In this document: one piece after another, positions 43,401-55,600 of the stretch | Position numbering within the stretch: the first letter of the stretch is position 1 | Layout of the letters: every line of letters starts with the position of its first letter | Origin: Mytilus trossulus | Lineage: Eukaryota | Reading direction: 5' to 3' | Length of the DNA stretch: 64,000 nt | Assembly: GCF_036588685.1 (NCBI RefSeq) | Contig: NC_086373.1 | Location: forward strand, 21,204,001 to 21,268,000 | Translations under genes and position numbers: made by a program | Notes under the pieces: model-generated | What the model saw: only the letters and a program-made list of their open reading frames with translations | What the model was told of the DNA's origin: nothing | Databases searched by the model: none

Positions 43401-46400
43401 GTTTTGTTTTTTCATTTGTTTCACACGTTTAGTATAATTTCGCCTTCCGTAGATTTTCTTTGTTTTTTTTCTTTCAATCCTGTGCTTTTAATTTATAATC
43501 CACACAATATTTATAACAGTTGATGGACAATGGAGCGATTATTCTACAGTATCATGGAAAAATGACTGTTCAACAACTTGTGGCGTTGGAGTAGAAACAG
43601 GAATAAAAACAAGAACCTGTTCTAATCCGACACCAGCTTATGGTGGCAACCCATGTAAAGGAGATTCCTCATCTACGGAAAAACGGCAGTGTCAACTTAA
43701 AGAATGTCCCAGTAAGAATTAAACATGATTTTCTTATTTAACTTCGAATAACAACCGTTATCTTAACACAAGTTCTTTAATTTCTATTTTTACCAGTTAA
43801 AGCATGTCGAAACTTCTTTGTTTTCCTTACACTCAGAAAATTACTGTTATTTTATGTTTTAGAATTATCGTTTTATTTATATTTTTCGTAGTAATTTTTC
43901 CAAACTCTTTTCAAGGAATGTAAAATTTCTGATTTTGACGCATGAAGCAAACTTATCAAAATGAAATATATACATGTATATACTTGCTTTGATGAAATTA
44001 TATAGAAAATATAATTGAGAATTGAATAACATTGTTATGCCTTCACATATATAGTTTGTATTTTAATCTGTAAATACAATTTCTATTCAGACAATAAGTG
44101 AAACCCAATATTTGTCTTCCTTGAGAATTGTCTGAATTATTACAGAGATCAATAGGTACTTTTTTTGTTAAAATCCTTTAGAATATTTTGAATATCAAAG
44201 TACATGTATATTAATTTTAGTTGCTGGAGGTTGGACTGATTACTCAGTAGTCACGTGGAGTGGTAAATGTTCTACGACTTGTGACTTCGGAACAGAATCA
44301 GGAGTAAAAACCAGAACATGCACAAAGCCAGAGCCAGCTTTTGGTGGTAAACCATGTGTCGGAGAGTCTACGGCTACAGAGAATCGACAGTGCAAAGCTA
44401 AGGAATGTCCAAGTGAGCTATTCCTTCAACACTTAAAATTTAGATTGAAACTTCGGAAAAATAGAACGAGACCCCAGCACGCGTCTCATTTAAGGCGTGC
44501 ATTCACGAAGAGTGTATATAAAATATTTGATTGTTTTAAATTCATGTAGATAGAAATTAAGCAATTTCCAAGACAGAAAAAAAAACAATCTCATTCATAT
44601 CTAGGAGGTGTTTCTCCTTCAAATAGTAAGATGACACACAAAGAAGCTTGATGTACACATAGAACGAGACGCGTGCTGGCTACACTAATTAATTTGTATA
44701 GATTACTATATATAAATAGATAGAAAACTAGTGCAATTGGACTTCTTGGGGTCTGGGTGTATTGAATCAGTTAACCAAATGATTTACATTTGTTTCACTT
44801 TCATTGTCGACATTGTTTTCCTTTTAATAACTGAACACGCATAATTCATGCATACTACATCTCTAGCCCAGGGGTTAGATTGAAGTTCACATAATTACGA
44901 TTCAATGTAGTCCTATTATTCACTTGCAAGTGAATTATTTGACATCATCGATGTTTCTGAGCTTATTTTGACAAAATTGAACAACACTGGCTGCTAAAAG
45001 CGAATTATTATTTCACTATTTTACTTTCATCAATGATAGAACAGAAAAGGAAATCGCAAACATTTTAACATATACATATTGTTATATGTTATATCTTATT
45101 CATTCGCTGTTTTTATGACAATTCATATTTAATTAAGCAGCGTATTTTTATATGTTGAAGTTGATGGCGGATGGACTGAATACTCTCCTGTCACATGGAA
45201 AGGTGAATGTTCAACTACTTGTGACTTTGGAACAGAATCAGGTGTAAAAACAAGAACATGCACCAACCCATCACCAGCATATGATGGTAAAGATTGTGAC
45301 GGAGAGTTATCTGCTACAGAAAGTCGACAGTGTAAACTGAGAGAATGTCCAGGTAAGCTGGTTTTTAGAGTTAACCAAAAACATGCATTTTAAAATATAT
45401 ATCCCCTGCCTTAAACTTTGCTACTTTTGGAGTTTTTTTTGCATTTTTATTTTCTATTTAAGTTGATGGCAGCTGGAGTGAATACTCTCCTATCACATGG
45501 GGCGGTGAATGTTCAACTACTTGTGACTTTGGAACAGAATCAGGAGTAAAAACAAGAACATGCACCAACCCATCACCAGCATATGATGGTAAAGATTGTG
45601 ACGGAGAGTTAGCCGCAACAGAAAGTCGACAGTGTAAACTGAGGGAATGTCCAAGTAAGGTTTATGTCTTAATATATTTCAAAATTTGTTTTAGCAAAAC
45701 AGCACCACACCTTTTCCCCAAAGAAAATTTGAATAAGATGAACCAGAATTTTGTCAAATAAATACAAAAAAATGTTGTAGTAAGCGTCAATCATATATTA
45801 CTATTGCACATTCCAACTCTTTTTCTTTCTTCTTTAGTTGACGGTGGATGGTCCGACTATGGACCTTTCACAGAATGGAGTTCATGTTCTGTAACATGTG
45901 GCATGGGAATACAGACGAAGTCACATGACCGAACATGTACCAATCCGGAACCTCAGTATGGTGGGAAAGTATGTGAAGGAGAAAAAACCGAGACTGTGAG
46001 CAAAGACTGTGACATGGACAAATGTCCAGGTAAAAACTTAATGGAATTATTAATATTTTGCTGTATGAGAGTTTGAAAATCACTTTTAACATATATTTTC
46101 CAAGGCATGATCTGAAACATTATTTCGAAAGAAATTGATGGAAATTTGATAGAAAAAGAAAATACGGTAACAAATGCTTCGTTGATAACATTAGCACATA
46201 TTTCAATCTTTTGTTTATTTTTCAGAAACTATTTGTTCTGAACTGGGACAAGGACACACTTTCACTGCCCATTTACAGCAGTGCACAAAGTATTTGAACT
46301 GCTTAAATGGAGTAGTAACTGTGGCGAGTTGTAGTGATGGTACAGAATGGAACAATGACCAGAAGACATGCGCATTTCCTACAGCAGGTAGCACATGTCT

Positions 46401-47928
46401 GGCAACAGAACCAAATGGTACTATATAAAATACTTTATAAAACATATGTTTGAAAACCCGAAGCATAGCCAAATCCAGACTAAGTAAAATCTTTCCTTGA
46501 TTTAAAATAATTTACAAAACTTTTAAAAAGCCTATGTCAATCAAACGATAATCATTTTTTTATGCTAGTAACGAAATACTGACTTCATTGCTGGTGATGT
46601 CCTCGGAACATGTCATATTTCTTTACAGAATCCGTTTATTTCCGTTGAAATGAGAAAATGTCATCATGAAGTTTGATGATTTATCATTATTCACGGGTAC
46701 TTGCATTACTTACAGGATCTGCTTGTCATTCCAAAGCACTTGAAATCCCCTAAAGTTTTGATATCAAGGGTTCGTGTTGCTTAGTCATTAATTTTCAATG
46801 TTGTGTTTTGTGTACTGTTGTTTGTCTGTCTTTTTCTATTTTAGCCACGGCGTTGTCAGTTTATTTTCGATTTATGTCCCTCTGGTACCATTTGCCCCTC
46901 TTTTAAGTAATTATGTTTCATTTAAGATGAAGGAGTATCGTGTCAATTTCACGGACAACATCTTTCACATCCAACTGATTGTCACAAGTTTTATCAGTGT
47001 GTTGGCACTACACCAAACGAGATGTCGTGCAGTAATGGTTTAGCTTGGAATGAAGTAATTGGAAACTGTGACCATGCAGTAAATGTAGAACTTTGTAATG
47101 TAAATAATCCAGATGATGGCGCTGCTGATGCGGAAGATGATACAAATGAGTCAGTGATAGGTAATACATATGTATGGATATATTTTCTGTATTAGATTTT
47201 GGAACATTCAAATGCAATAAAGAAAATTAATTTTGGTCAGATAACAACTTAATTTTCAAACAGCTACCTTCTTTGCTTAAATTTCAAACAGTTGCCTGCC
47301 GACTCCGCATTTTTAAAACCAGAAATATGAGAACAGATTTATTGATATTCATTTGCATACTGTCGATTTATGTTTTGTTTGATTTTCATGGAACGACAAT
47401 AGGAAAGGACCAAACTACATTCTGGCAAGAATCTACCAGAGAATTCAATTTAACTGACAAACAATTCAAAAACTTAGGGCTCTTTTACATTTCAAACATG
47501 TCCTTTACAGCCAAAATGAAAAATGTTCATAAAAAAGAAACAAATTTCAATTTTTTTTCAATTTTTTTTTTAAATCTTCCACATATAAAGTTTATCTCAG
47601 TCAATCTAAAGTTTATAGTTCTGTATTATTTTAGACTAAATCAATTATCAGTTATGAATCATTTCACAAACAGAAACTTTTAACAAATCCAAAAAATCCT
47701 GAATTTCAGTCAGGTAGACAGCATGAGCAATCAGCATTATATAACTGAATTTTGATACATATTTTCCCATCCACAGAGGAGTTTGTCTGTGGAGGACATA
47801 CCGGTTACTTTGCTGATCCTAAAGAGTGCACCAAATACTACTGGTGTGTAGCTGGACAGAAATACCACATGCCGTGTGCTGCAGGAACTCATTTTGAAAA
47901 TGGAGGGTGTGTCGCAGGAACATGCTAA
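34496..47928 (+). CDS. Secreted protein: signal peptide + Cys-rich module + 7 thrombospondin type-1 repeats + 3 CBM14 (peritrophin-A) chitin-binding domains, 704 aa
   Basis: Exons 34496-34551, 36142-36234, 36891-36931, 42223-42417, 42925-43116, 43520-43711, 44221-44412, 45161-45352, 45463-45654, 45838-46029, 46226-46417, 46927-47160, 47777-47928; all GT-AG; 2115 nt in frame. [19 protein letters not shown] signal; seven GxW...CSxTCxxG...TRTCTNPxP.YGG..C.G repeats; three 6-Cys modules such as [12 protein letters not shown]...[10 protein letters not shown]...CD..C. Confidence 0.9.
35513..35948 (+). mobile_element. 5'-truncated Penelope-like retroelement fragment with TSD; shorter related copies near 5570-5765, 46715-46905, 52475-52645, 56950-57015
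   Basis: Encodes [37 protein letters not shown], is flanked by CTTTCACAA (35504-35512, 35949-35957), and interrupts a ~30-bp GTAAT/ATTACAAT minisatellite. Confidence 0.65.
36985..38090. mobile_element. Non-autonomous DNA transposon, TGT...ACA ends at a TATA site (Ginger-like), with an internal ~240-bp duplication
   Basis: Imperfect ~50-bp TIR TGTGACCAGCCACGACAT..CAGGCTTATGGAGGTA.AACGTCATTGT, TATA on both sides, and a direct repeat at 37363-37570 / 37606-37820. Confidence 0.65.
40440..40885. repeat. ~32-bp minisatellite inside the LTR element
   Basis: Repeats of TAGTATACTTATGTCAGGAGTCCCCTCCTCAGAG-like units. Confidence 0.85.
40978..41145. repeat. 15-bp minisatellite (GACGAATTACCCATA)n
   Basis: About 11 tandem units; explains the NSSMG repeat in ORF 40946-41245. 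Confidence 0.9.
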
Positions 47929-48514
47929 TGAGTTTAGTATAGTTACATTTATTATTTTTGTGTAGTTTAAACACCATAATTCAAATATTCTGTATGAAGA
48001 CATTAGAATTTTTTTAAGGAAGTCTTTTTTTATACATGGATACCACAAAAATAAATTCCAAACAGGGAAGTCAATAAAACCTGACAAAGAGAAACGCTCG
48101 AATACATCAGCAAACGGAAACCTTGTAAAACAACTGTTATATTCATTACTTGGTAAAATAATTTCTGATGAAAAGAGATAGCTAGCTGGTAATGTAAGCG
48201 CATATTAACAAACAATATTTACAATGATTTTTGAATACTAAACGAAGGCTTTGATTAGATTCGGTAGCATGTTTGAGGACAATAAAATATGATGACTTTT
48301 ACTTTTCAGGTCAGATAAAACAACGACAAGATATTGTGTAGGAGGATACGAACAGGACGATGCATCTGTTTTATGACTATTCTATTGTTAATTATTTATT
48401 TTTTATTTTATATTTTTGTATTATAATTATCTTCTTCAATATTATAATCATTAAATAAGTACTTGCAATTTGTTGATCAAATAGTCTTGTCATTTAAAAC
48501 TGTATTTTTTTAAC

Positions 48515-48827
48515 AAATATCGTAACACACTATCAGTAGAAGCCATAATAAAACAACTGAAGTAACAACAATTAGAAGAGAGAAGATCCAAAGCAAGGAT
48601 GTGTATGATGTACAAAATCACCAATGGTCTAGTCAACATAGATAATAAGATGCAACATCTAGGCTAATTCCAATTAACAGAGCATCAAGAACAACTCGTA
48701 CTGGATGTTACCAGGTTCCTCTTTGTAGAACAGACATAAAGAAAATGTCATCCTACATCAAATCAACTACTAGACTGAAAGTTTTGGCCAAAAATGCAAC
48801 AACAAAAAAAAAAAAAAAAAAAAAAAA
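48515..48827 (+). mobile_element. Decayed LINE ORF2 3' fragment followed by a poly(A) run
   Basis: Translates to ...LEERRSKARMCMMYKITNGLVNI...YQVPLCRTDIKKMS with stops; A-run at 48804-48827. Confidence 0.6.
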
Positions 48828-48936
48828 CTGTTATTGTTCCATGTTCTTTTCGTCCAACCTTTGATGAATAGTTTCATTGGCAATCATACTTTATACAGAC
48901 ATCGTTGTTATTTGTTTCATTGACAATGATACCAAA

Positions 48937-49368
48937 TAGAATCATATTCAAAACAGTGTGGTCCTGGCCATTGATTGACGACCTAAATTATCCCATTGAC
49001 TGGGACAGATTATGTGAACGTTTGTCGGTAACAATCACGGCTCACTGTACTTGTTAAAGACACTGAATCTGTGGGGTCACCAAAGGTTCTCAACACCTAA
49101 AAATAGCAATTCGAAAAACGAATCCGGAATAATACGATGTGTTGATTTATATCAATGATATAAATCAGTTATTCCTGAATAGTTTTCGAATTATTATATT
49201 ATTAAAGGCGTTAAGAACCTTTGGTGACCCCACAGTTTAAATCCTATAATAAGTAAGAAGTGAGCAATGGTCGTTACAGACAAAGGTTCACCTAATATGT
49301 CCCAGTCAATGGAATAATTCAGGTCGTCAATCAATGGCCAGGACCACACTGTTTTGAATATGATTCTA
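48937..49368. mobile_element. Foldback MITE with ~180-bp inverted arms
   Basis: TAGAATCATATTCAAAACAGTGTGGTCCTGGCCATTGATTGACGACCT is perfectly inverted at the right end; the inner arms are imperfect. Confidence 0.85.
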
Positions 49369-49684
49369 TATGTTGTTTGCTTGAACTTTGTCCGCTATCA
49401 AGAAACTTTTCATTTGTATCTTGTTTTTGAAGATATTTTCGATCTCAACACGAATCATTTTATGTATTGTGTGTCATATTAGATTGTAAAATTAAAGTAA
49501 AACTGATCATTCTTCGATGATCATCGATCAAATTGTGTTGCAGTACTTTGAGACTGCAAAAAAAAAAGGTCAACTTTATAGCAATAAAATATTTAATAAA
49601 TCTTCGTCGGTATAATAAATGTAGATAAACAAAAAAGTCTTTTCTAAATATCGTCGGTAAATGTTTATAAAAACGTAAATCTCT

Positions 49685-52600
49685 CTACAGCATCGATAAC
49701 GGGTAAAAATGGCCATTCATCGAATGATCGGTCCTTGTCGTTCTCACGGATAAAATCGCTGGGTCTATATCGGTTAAATCGCTCGCGTAATTTGGTGGGT
49801 AATTGTTCACGTTGTCTTGCGTCGGATACCCCACAGGAAGGAAAAGACGCGAAGCCCACGTTGTCTGCATACTATTATCGGAAACTGTATTCCTGTTGGG
49901 ATCTACATTGTTCTGGTTACCAGCATTTTGTCTCTTTGTTGCTGCTGCCGTTGCTGCTGCCGTTGCTGCTCTGCTTATCGCTTTACATCGTAGTTCATCG
50001 ATTTGTGTTCGTGCATCATTCACGACCGACTTCCGTTTATCTACTGCTGTGAAAATTCCATCCAAATTTTTCTGTATTTCGTTTATTCTGTTTTCAAAAC
50101 ATGCTTCGGAATCTGTATTAGTTGCTGCATCAACCTGGCATGATAATGTTTAAAAAATAATTAACTGTTAAATCCATGTTAATAACGTCGCGTTAACACA
50201 AAAGGATATAGCAAGACAATCATAATATATATTGAATTTTGTGTATTTTTGAGTGCGATTTTCTAAAAATAAGTTATATTGAATACCGTCAATTTGCCTC
50301 ATTTCAGCGTGTGTTTAGGATTTTAACACTGTAGTGAGATCTTTAAATATGATTTAATCGGTATCAGCATTAATATTGTTTTGATAAATTAAAACATAAA
50401 TAAATATTTATGGTCCTACATCCAGTGGATATGATGTACTTATAGTTTGACATAGTCAGGCTGTTTCTGACGTCCTAGCAATAAATCCTTTGGATGTGTA
50501 CCAATTAATGCTTAGTCTAGGAGAATATGATCTATGTGTTTATTGGTATTGATTTTGGACTAGTTTTCAGTAACTGCACGTACTCTTATGTCGATACTTT
50601 GTGTGTTTTGAATTTATATAAGTTGTTTCGTGCCAATCTTATGGTTTAAGCATTTTTTTGGTGGAAGTATCAAGTGCTCACACACATCTTTAACCCTACC
50701 ACATCTGTATGTGCCTGACCCCAGTTTGGAGCTTGCAATGCAATAGTTGTCGTTTTTTGTTGTATGTTTTTCGTTTATTGTTTTGTTGTAAATCAGGTCG
50801 TTGTTTTGCATTTCAAATGTTTCAAATGCTTTTAATACCGTGATTCGTCAAAATATCCCTACCGTAATTCGGCATAAGTCTCAAATAATTATCGTAAGCG
50901 TTATTTTGGGGGAAAAAATAACTGTGATTTGTCAAGATTTTATCCCCTACAAAAAAGGATACATTTTATAGTCATGCACCAAAATTTAACGTCATTTTGC
51001 CATTTCTGTACCCCCATTGCGACCCTCAGTCGTGGAGTACTGCGTGTAATTTCTTGTGCTTAGATGGTAAAGGTGCACAACGAAATAAACGCGTTATTTC
51101 ATGACGGTATCTCAACTTGAAGCCGGATTGATGATATTCGATTGTTTTAGGTAAAGGAAAAGACTGATGATCAATTACCTTAAACGATGTCTTTAACTGC
51201 AATATGGTCTCAACAATGGACGACAAAACATAATTCACGTGTACTCCATTCTTCATGCGCTGGATGTCTGAAATCGGCACTTTTAGACGACAATTCGGAC
51301 AATCTATAGATAGGTCTACTCCTCCCTTTGTTGTGTTTACATTGTTCACCTTGTGTTTTCCTATTTCCTGGATACATCTGTCAAATTTAGAGAAATGTTA
51401 TACATGCAGACATATTGTGATTGTACAAAAAAATAGCAGCATCATACTAGCTCTTAAAAGCGACATCAGATCAAGTATACTTCCCAAAATGAAAAATGAT
51501 AAAAAAAAAATCATTATTGTTGTTTGGGAGGGGGGAGTGGGTGGTTTCCCTCACAAGGAAATCTCAATTTAACAAACATAAAATTGTATGGCCAATGATA
51601 TTAAAGTACCTCTACATGAATACGTGAGCTATATGAATAAAAGGGGACACATACAAAAAACAAGAGTGCACACGATGAAATGTCTTTAACCGAGAAATCT
51701 AAAAATTGACCACTGAACCATGAAAATTAGGTTAAGGTGAGATGACCCATGTCAGTCACTTATGTACAACTAACAATTCTTCCATACAACAAATATAGTT
51801 GATCTATTGTTTAAAGTTTTGAAATAAAGGACCAAAACACAAAAACTTAACACTGAGCAATGAACCATGAAAATGAGGTCAAGGTCAAATTCAATCTGAG
51901 CGACTGACATATAGATCATAAAATATTTGCATGCACCAAATATAGTTGACTTATTAAATATAGTATAAGATAAAAAGACCTATATGTATGGTGCAAATTT
52001 TTCTCATTGCTAAAACCAGTGGTATCCAAAGTATTAAATCCAGAACAAAGTAAAAAAGACTAACAGTTGAAAAACTATCCAGATGTTGTGAAATTCAATT
52101 AACAAAAATACCATCATTAGCGAATGGCTATCTACATATAATACATTGTAATATTTACAATGAACCAGTTAATAATTAGAAAACAGAACCTACAATGTAC
52201 ATGTATAGCTGCTGATTTTTTTATTTTTTTTTTAAAAATATAATGGATGAATGATTGACTGTTTTACAATAAAACCAAGATAACTCAGTGAAGCTAGTTA
52301 TGAACATTTAAAGAGTTTGTGTTGACTGCAACAAACATCTAGAATAAGGAATAGTAATCTTGCTGCATGTGTCAACATCCATTTAATTAGAAATTGATCC
52401 AAAAGCTAAATGTTTCAGAAAATAGAAGACCTGGATACTACATGTACAAACATTGTTAATACATGTCATTTGTAGAGCAGGATCTGCTTACCCATCCAGA
52501 GCACATGAGATCACTCAGTCTTTAGTTGTCTATGTTGTTTCTAGTGTACTTTTATTTGTCTGCCTGTCTTTTTCAGTTTTAGTCATGGAATTGTAAGTTT

Positions 52601-55600
52601 ATTTTCGATTTATGAGTTTCCTGTTCATCTGGTATCTTAAGCCCCAATATTACAATTTATCTGTTTTAATATGATTATCTTGAACCTCTTTTTTTTTATA
52701 GTGTAGTGAGTAACTATATAGCTACTCGATGAAATGTTTGCTATGTTGATCTTCTATTATAAGTTATATGCTAACGATTTTTGTATGTGTGCAACGATAT
52801 GGACATAATATCAATCTAACAGTTCTCATTTGACCACGTTATCATTGATAATTCACAAAGTTCAGTTTCCTAGATCAAGTCAGTATCTCAGATATGATAG
52901 CAAATTATATTATTTGTGCTATTTGTAAGGTGAACATATCTGTCTGGCAGGTATAATATAAACAAACACCTGTCATTAATCAATAATTCAACATAATTTG
53001 AGGTCCTCTGATGTTCAGTACTTCAGTACTTTGATTTTTGTAACGTGCCCTCCATTTTTGATTTTCGATTAAAACTCAAGTAATAAATTACAAAATTACC
53101 TGTCAGTTCAACGTTATTTGGTTTATACCTGAAGATGTCCATAAATCATTCAGCTATGTCGTATTATGATCTTGACAATTTTATTTCAACAACCAATGAT
53201 AATATATCAGTTTTATTTAAGAATTGAATGCCTCTTTTTGTAAATTTATTGGGGTGTAAGTACATTTCTGCACTTCATTCTAAAAATGAACGCACGGTCA
53301 ACGCTTTCACAATCCTATACAGTTACAAAAAGAAGCATTCAATACTTATAATTACGTTTTTTAGCTAGGATCATGAAAACACGATTTTTATCCAGTTTTA
53401 TTTAATTTACCTGTGCACTTCATTGTGGGACCTCGTGTGATCATGCATGATAAATTTTATTGTCTAATGCAATTGTTTACCGTAAATAACATGTGATGTG
53501 CAGTTAGCCAATCAGAATAACGTATTATAATGAAACTTACATCTAATTAAGAAATAATTCCTTCGTGTCATGCTCTATGCTCATTTTAACATGGGTAGGC
53601 ATTATATTTGACCACATTTTTACACTGAGCGCTATGACACGAAGGAATTATTTCGATTCTAAGGGAGCTACCATTTGATTTTTTATGGAGGGCTAGGATG
53701 AAATTTGAAAAAAATAGGCAGGACAGGAGTTTTGAGTGAAAAAAAAGTCAGGATGAGGCACTTGCAAAAAAAAAGTCAGGATGACAATTTATGTAAAAAA
53801 GTCAGGATAAACTAAAAAAAAAGCAGGACCGGATAGAGTGAAAAATAAAAAGGCAGGACAGAGATTACAACTAAAAAAAGTGCAGGACAACATTTTTCAT
53901 CCTAGCCCCCCATAAAAATCAAATGGTAGCTCCCTAATAGGACAAATACAGTATTTTTATAGGTCGAAGCGTACGAAAATACCGTAAAAATGTTTGGCTT
54001 TTCCCGTATCCTCCCCGAGAAGTCTGTGCATTACATTTCATATTTGATAAGTTTACAAACTACGAGCAGGGTAAATATATGTTGTTTTATAAAAATATAT
54101 AATAAAAGTTTATGCTTGCTGCTTATATGTATAGATTTAAAAGGATAACGATTGAAATAACGTTAATATACACAGTAAGTTTGTGCGCATGTGTCAAACA
54201 TATTTTTTATGCTCATTAGAACACGGCTTTGTTTACAAAGCATAATAAGGACGTCATATTATAATGTAATTATATAGAAATATTGATTTACAATTTGGTT
54301 TGTGTTTCATTTTTTTGCAGATGTAAATTTATTAAGCTTAGAACGGAAAAGATTCAAATAGCTATCAAAGGTACCAGGATTATAATTAAGTACGACAGAC
54401 GCGCGTTTCGTCTACATTAGACTCATCAAAATATTTATAAAGTCAAACAAGAGCATTGAGGATTCAAAATTCCAAAAAGTTGTGCCAAATACGGCTAAAG
54501 TAATCTATGCCTGGGATAAGAAAATTAACTCATAACAATATTTGTAACACTAACTTACAACAACATTTGTAAAACGTGAGACTATAAACACTGTCTTTAA
54601 CCATGGCAGATGGGAGATTTGGGGAATCATCAATGGGTGGGTAAAGAATTGGAGAGTAAAACGTATACATATTTGGCAATTGAGGTTTGAAAGTGACAAT
54701 TTGATTCCGATTTTAAATACTACTACATTGTATTTGTCTTTATAATTGAAAGGTTGATATACAGAAAAAAATATAGATAACATTTTAATTATCCGTGACA
54801 AAACAACATTTGGTTGAAGGAATCGTATGTACAATCAAAGACATATCAAGACATATGTCTTTGATTGTACATACGATTCCTTCAACAAAATGTTGTTTTG
54901 TCACGGATAATTATAATGTTATCCTTATTTGGCATGCATACGGTAGATGTTTTAGAGGTGTCTCGTCTCGTTGGCACTCATAATGTAACAACAAAAATGT
55001 TCCGACGCGACATTTGTTCCGCCGGAACAAATCTCATAGGAAATATGTTCTACCGGAACTTATATCACAGTAAATATGTTCCAGCACTTTAAAATTTGTT
55101 CCGGAGCTATTTTATTAACCAAATGTGATATAAGTTCCGGAATAAAAATCACAGCTCCGTGAGTTTTGTTCCAGTTTTAAATTTAAAAAAAAGTGAAATA
55201 AGTTCCTCTAATATTAGTTTTTAACGGAGGTATTTTATAGAAATCAATGAATATGTTCTGCTCGAACCTATTTTACAGTAAATAAGCACCTTTAACATAT
55301 TGCCCATGGAAATATTTTCTTGTTACACTTAAAAATTATATTGCAAGATGGATGCTGTACTGTGCTTGCATGGGGTACGTTTTCAATAGAAGGCATGACT
55401 CTAGGATGAAGATAAGAAATAAAAGCGATGATAATGTATAATAATTTGTATCATTTATGTGGTATTCAACCTCCTTGTTTCCTGTTGATCTGTCATGTTT
55501 CATACATGTACTTAGCTAAAGCCATGGCACTGTTTTAAAAGAGTGTGCATGTCTTTGGTTTCTTTATGTCTTTTAATATAATTAATTAGTCACTTAGTCC

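Noticed and set aside
47273-47683. 136-aa TTG-started ORF
   Set aside because: Intronic, low-complexity AT-rich codons, no motif.
51026-51178. C-terminal part of ORF 51026-51349
   Set aside because: Treated as intron because the donor at 51178 joins exon 50134 in frame, matching the paralog; an intron-retention isoform is not excluded.
54984-55327. TGTAACA...TGTTACA element with GTTCCGG repeats
   Set aside because: Probably a decayed MITE, but no TSD could be confirmed.
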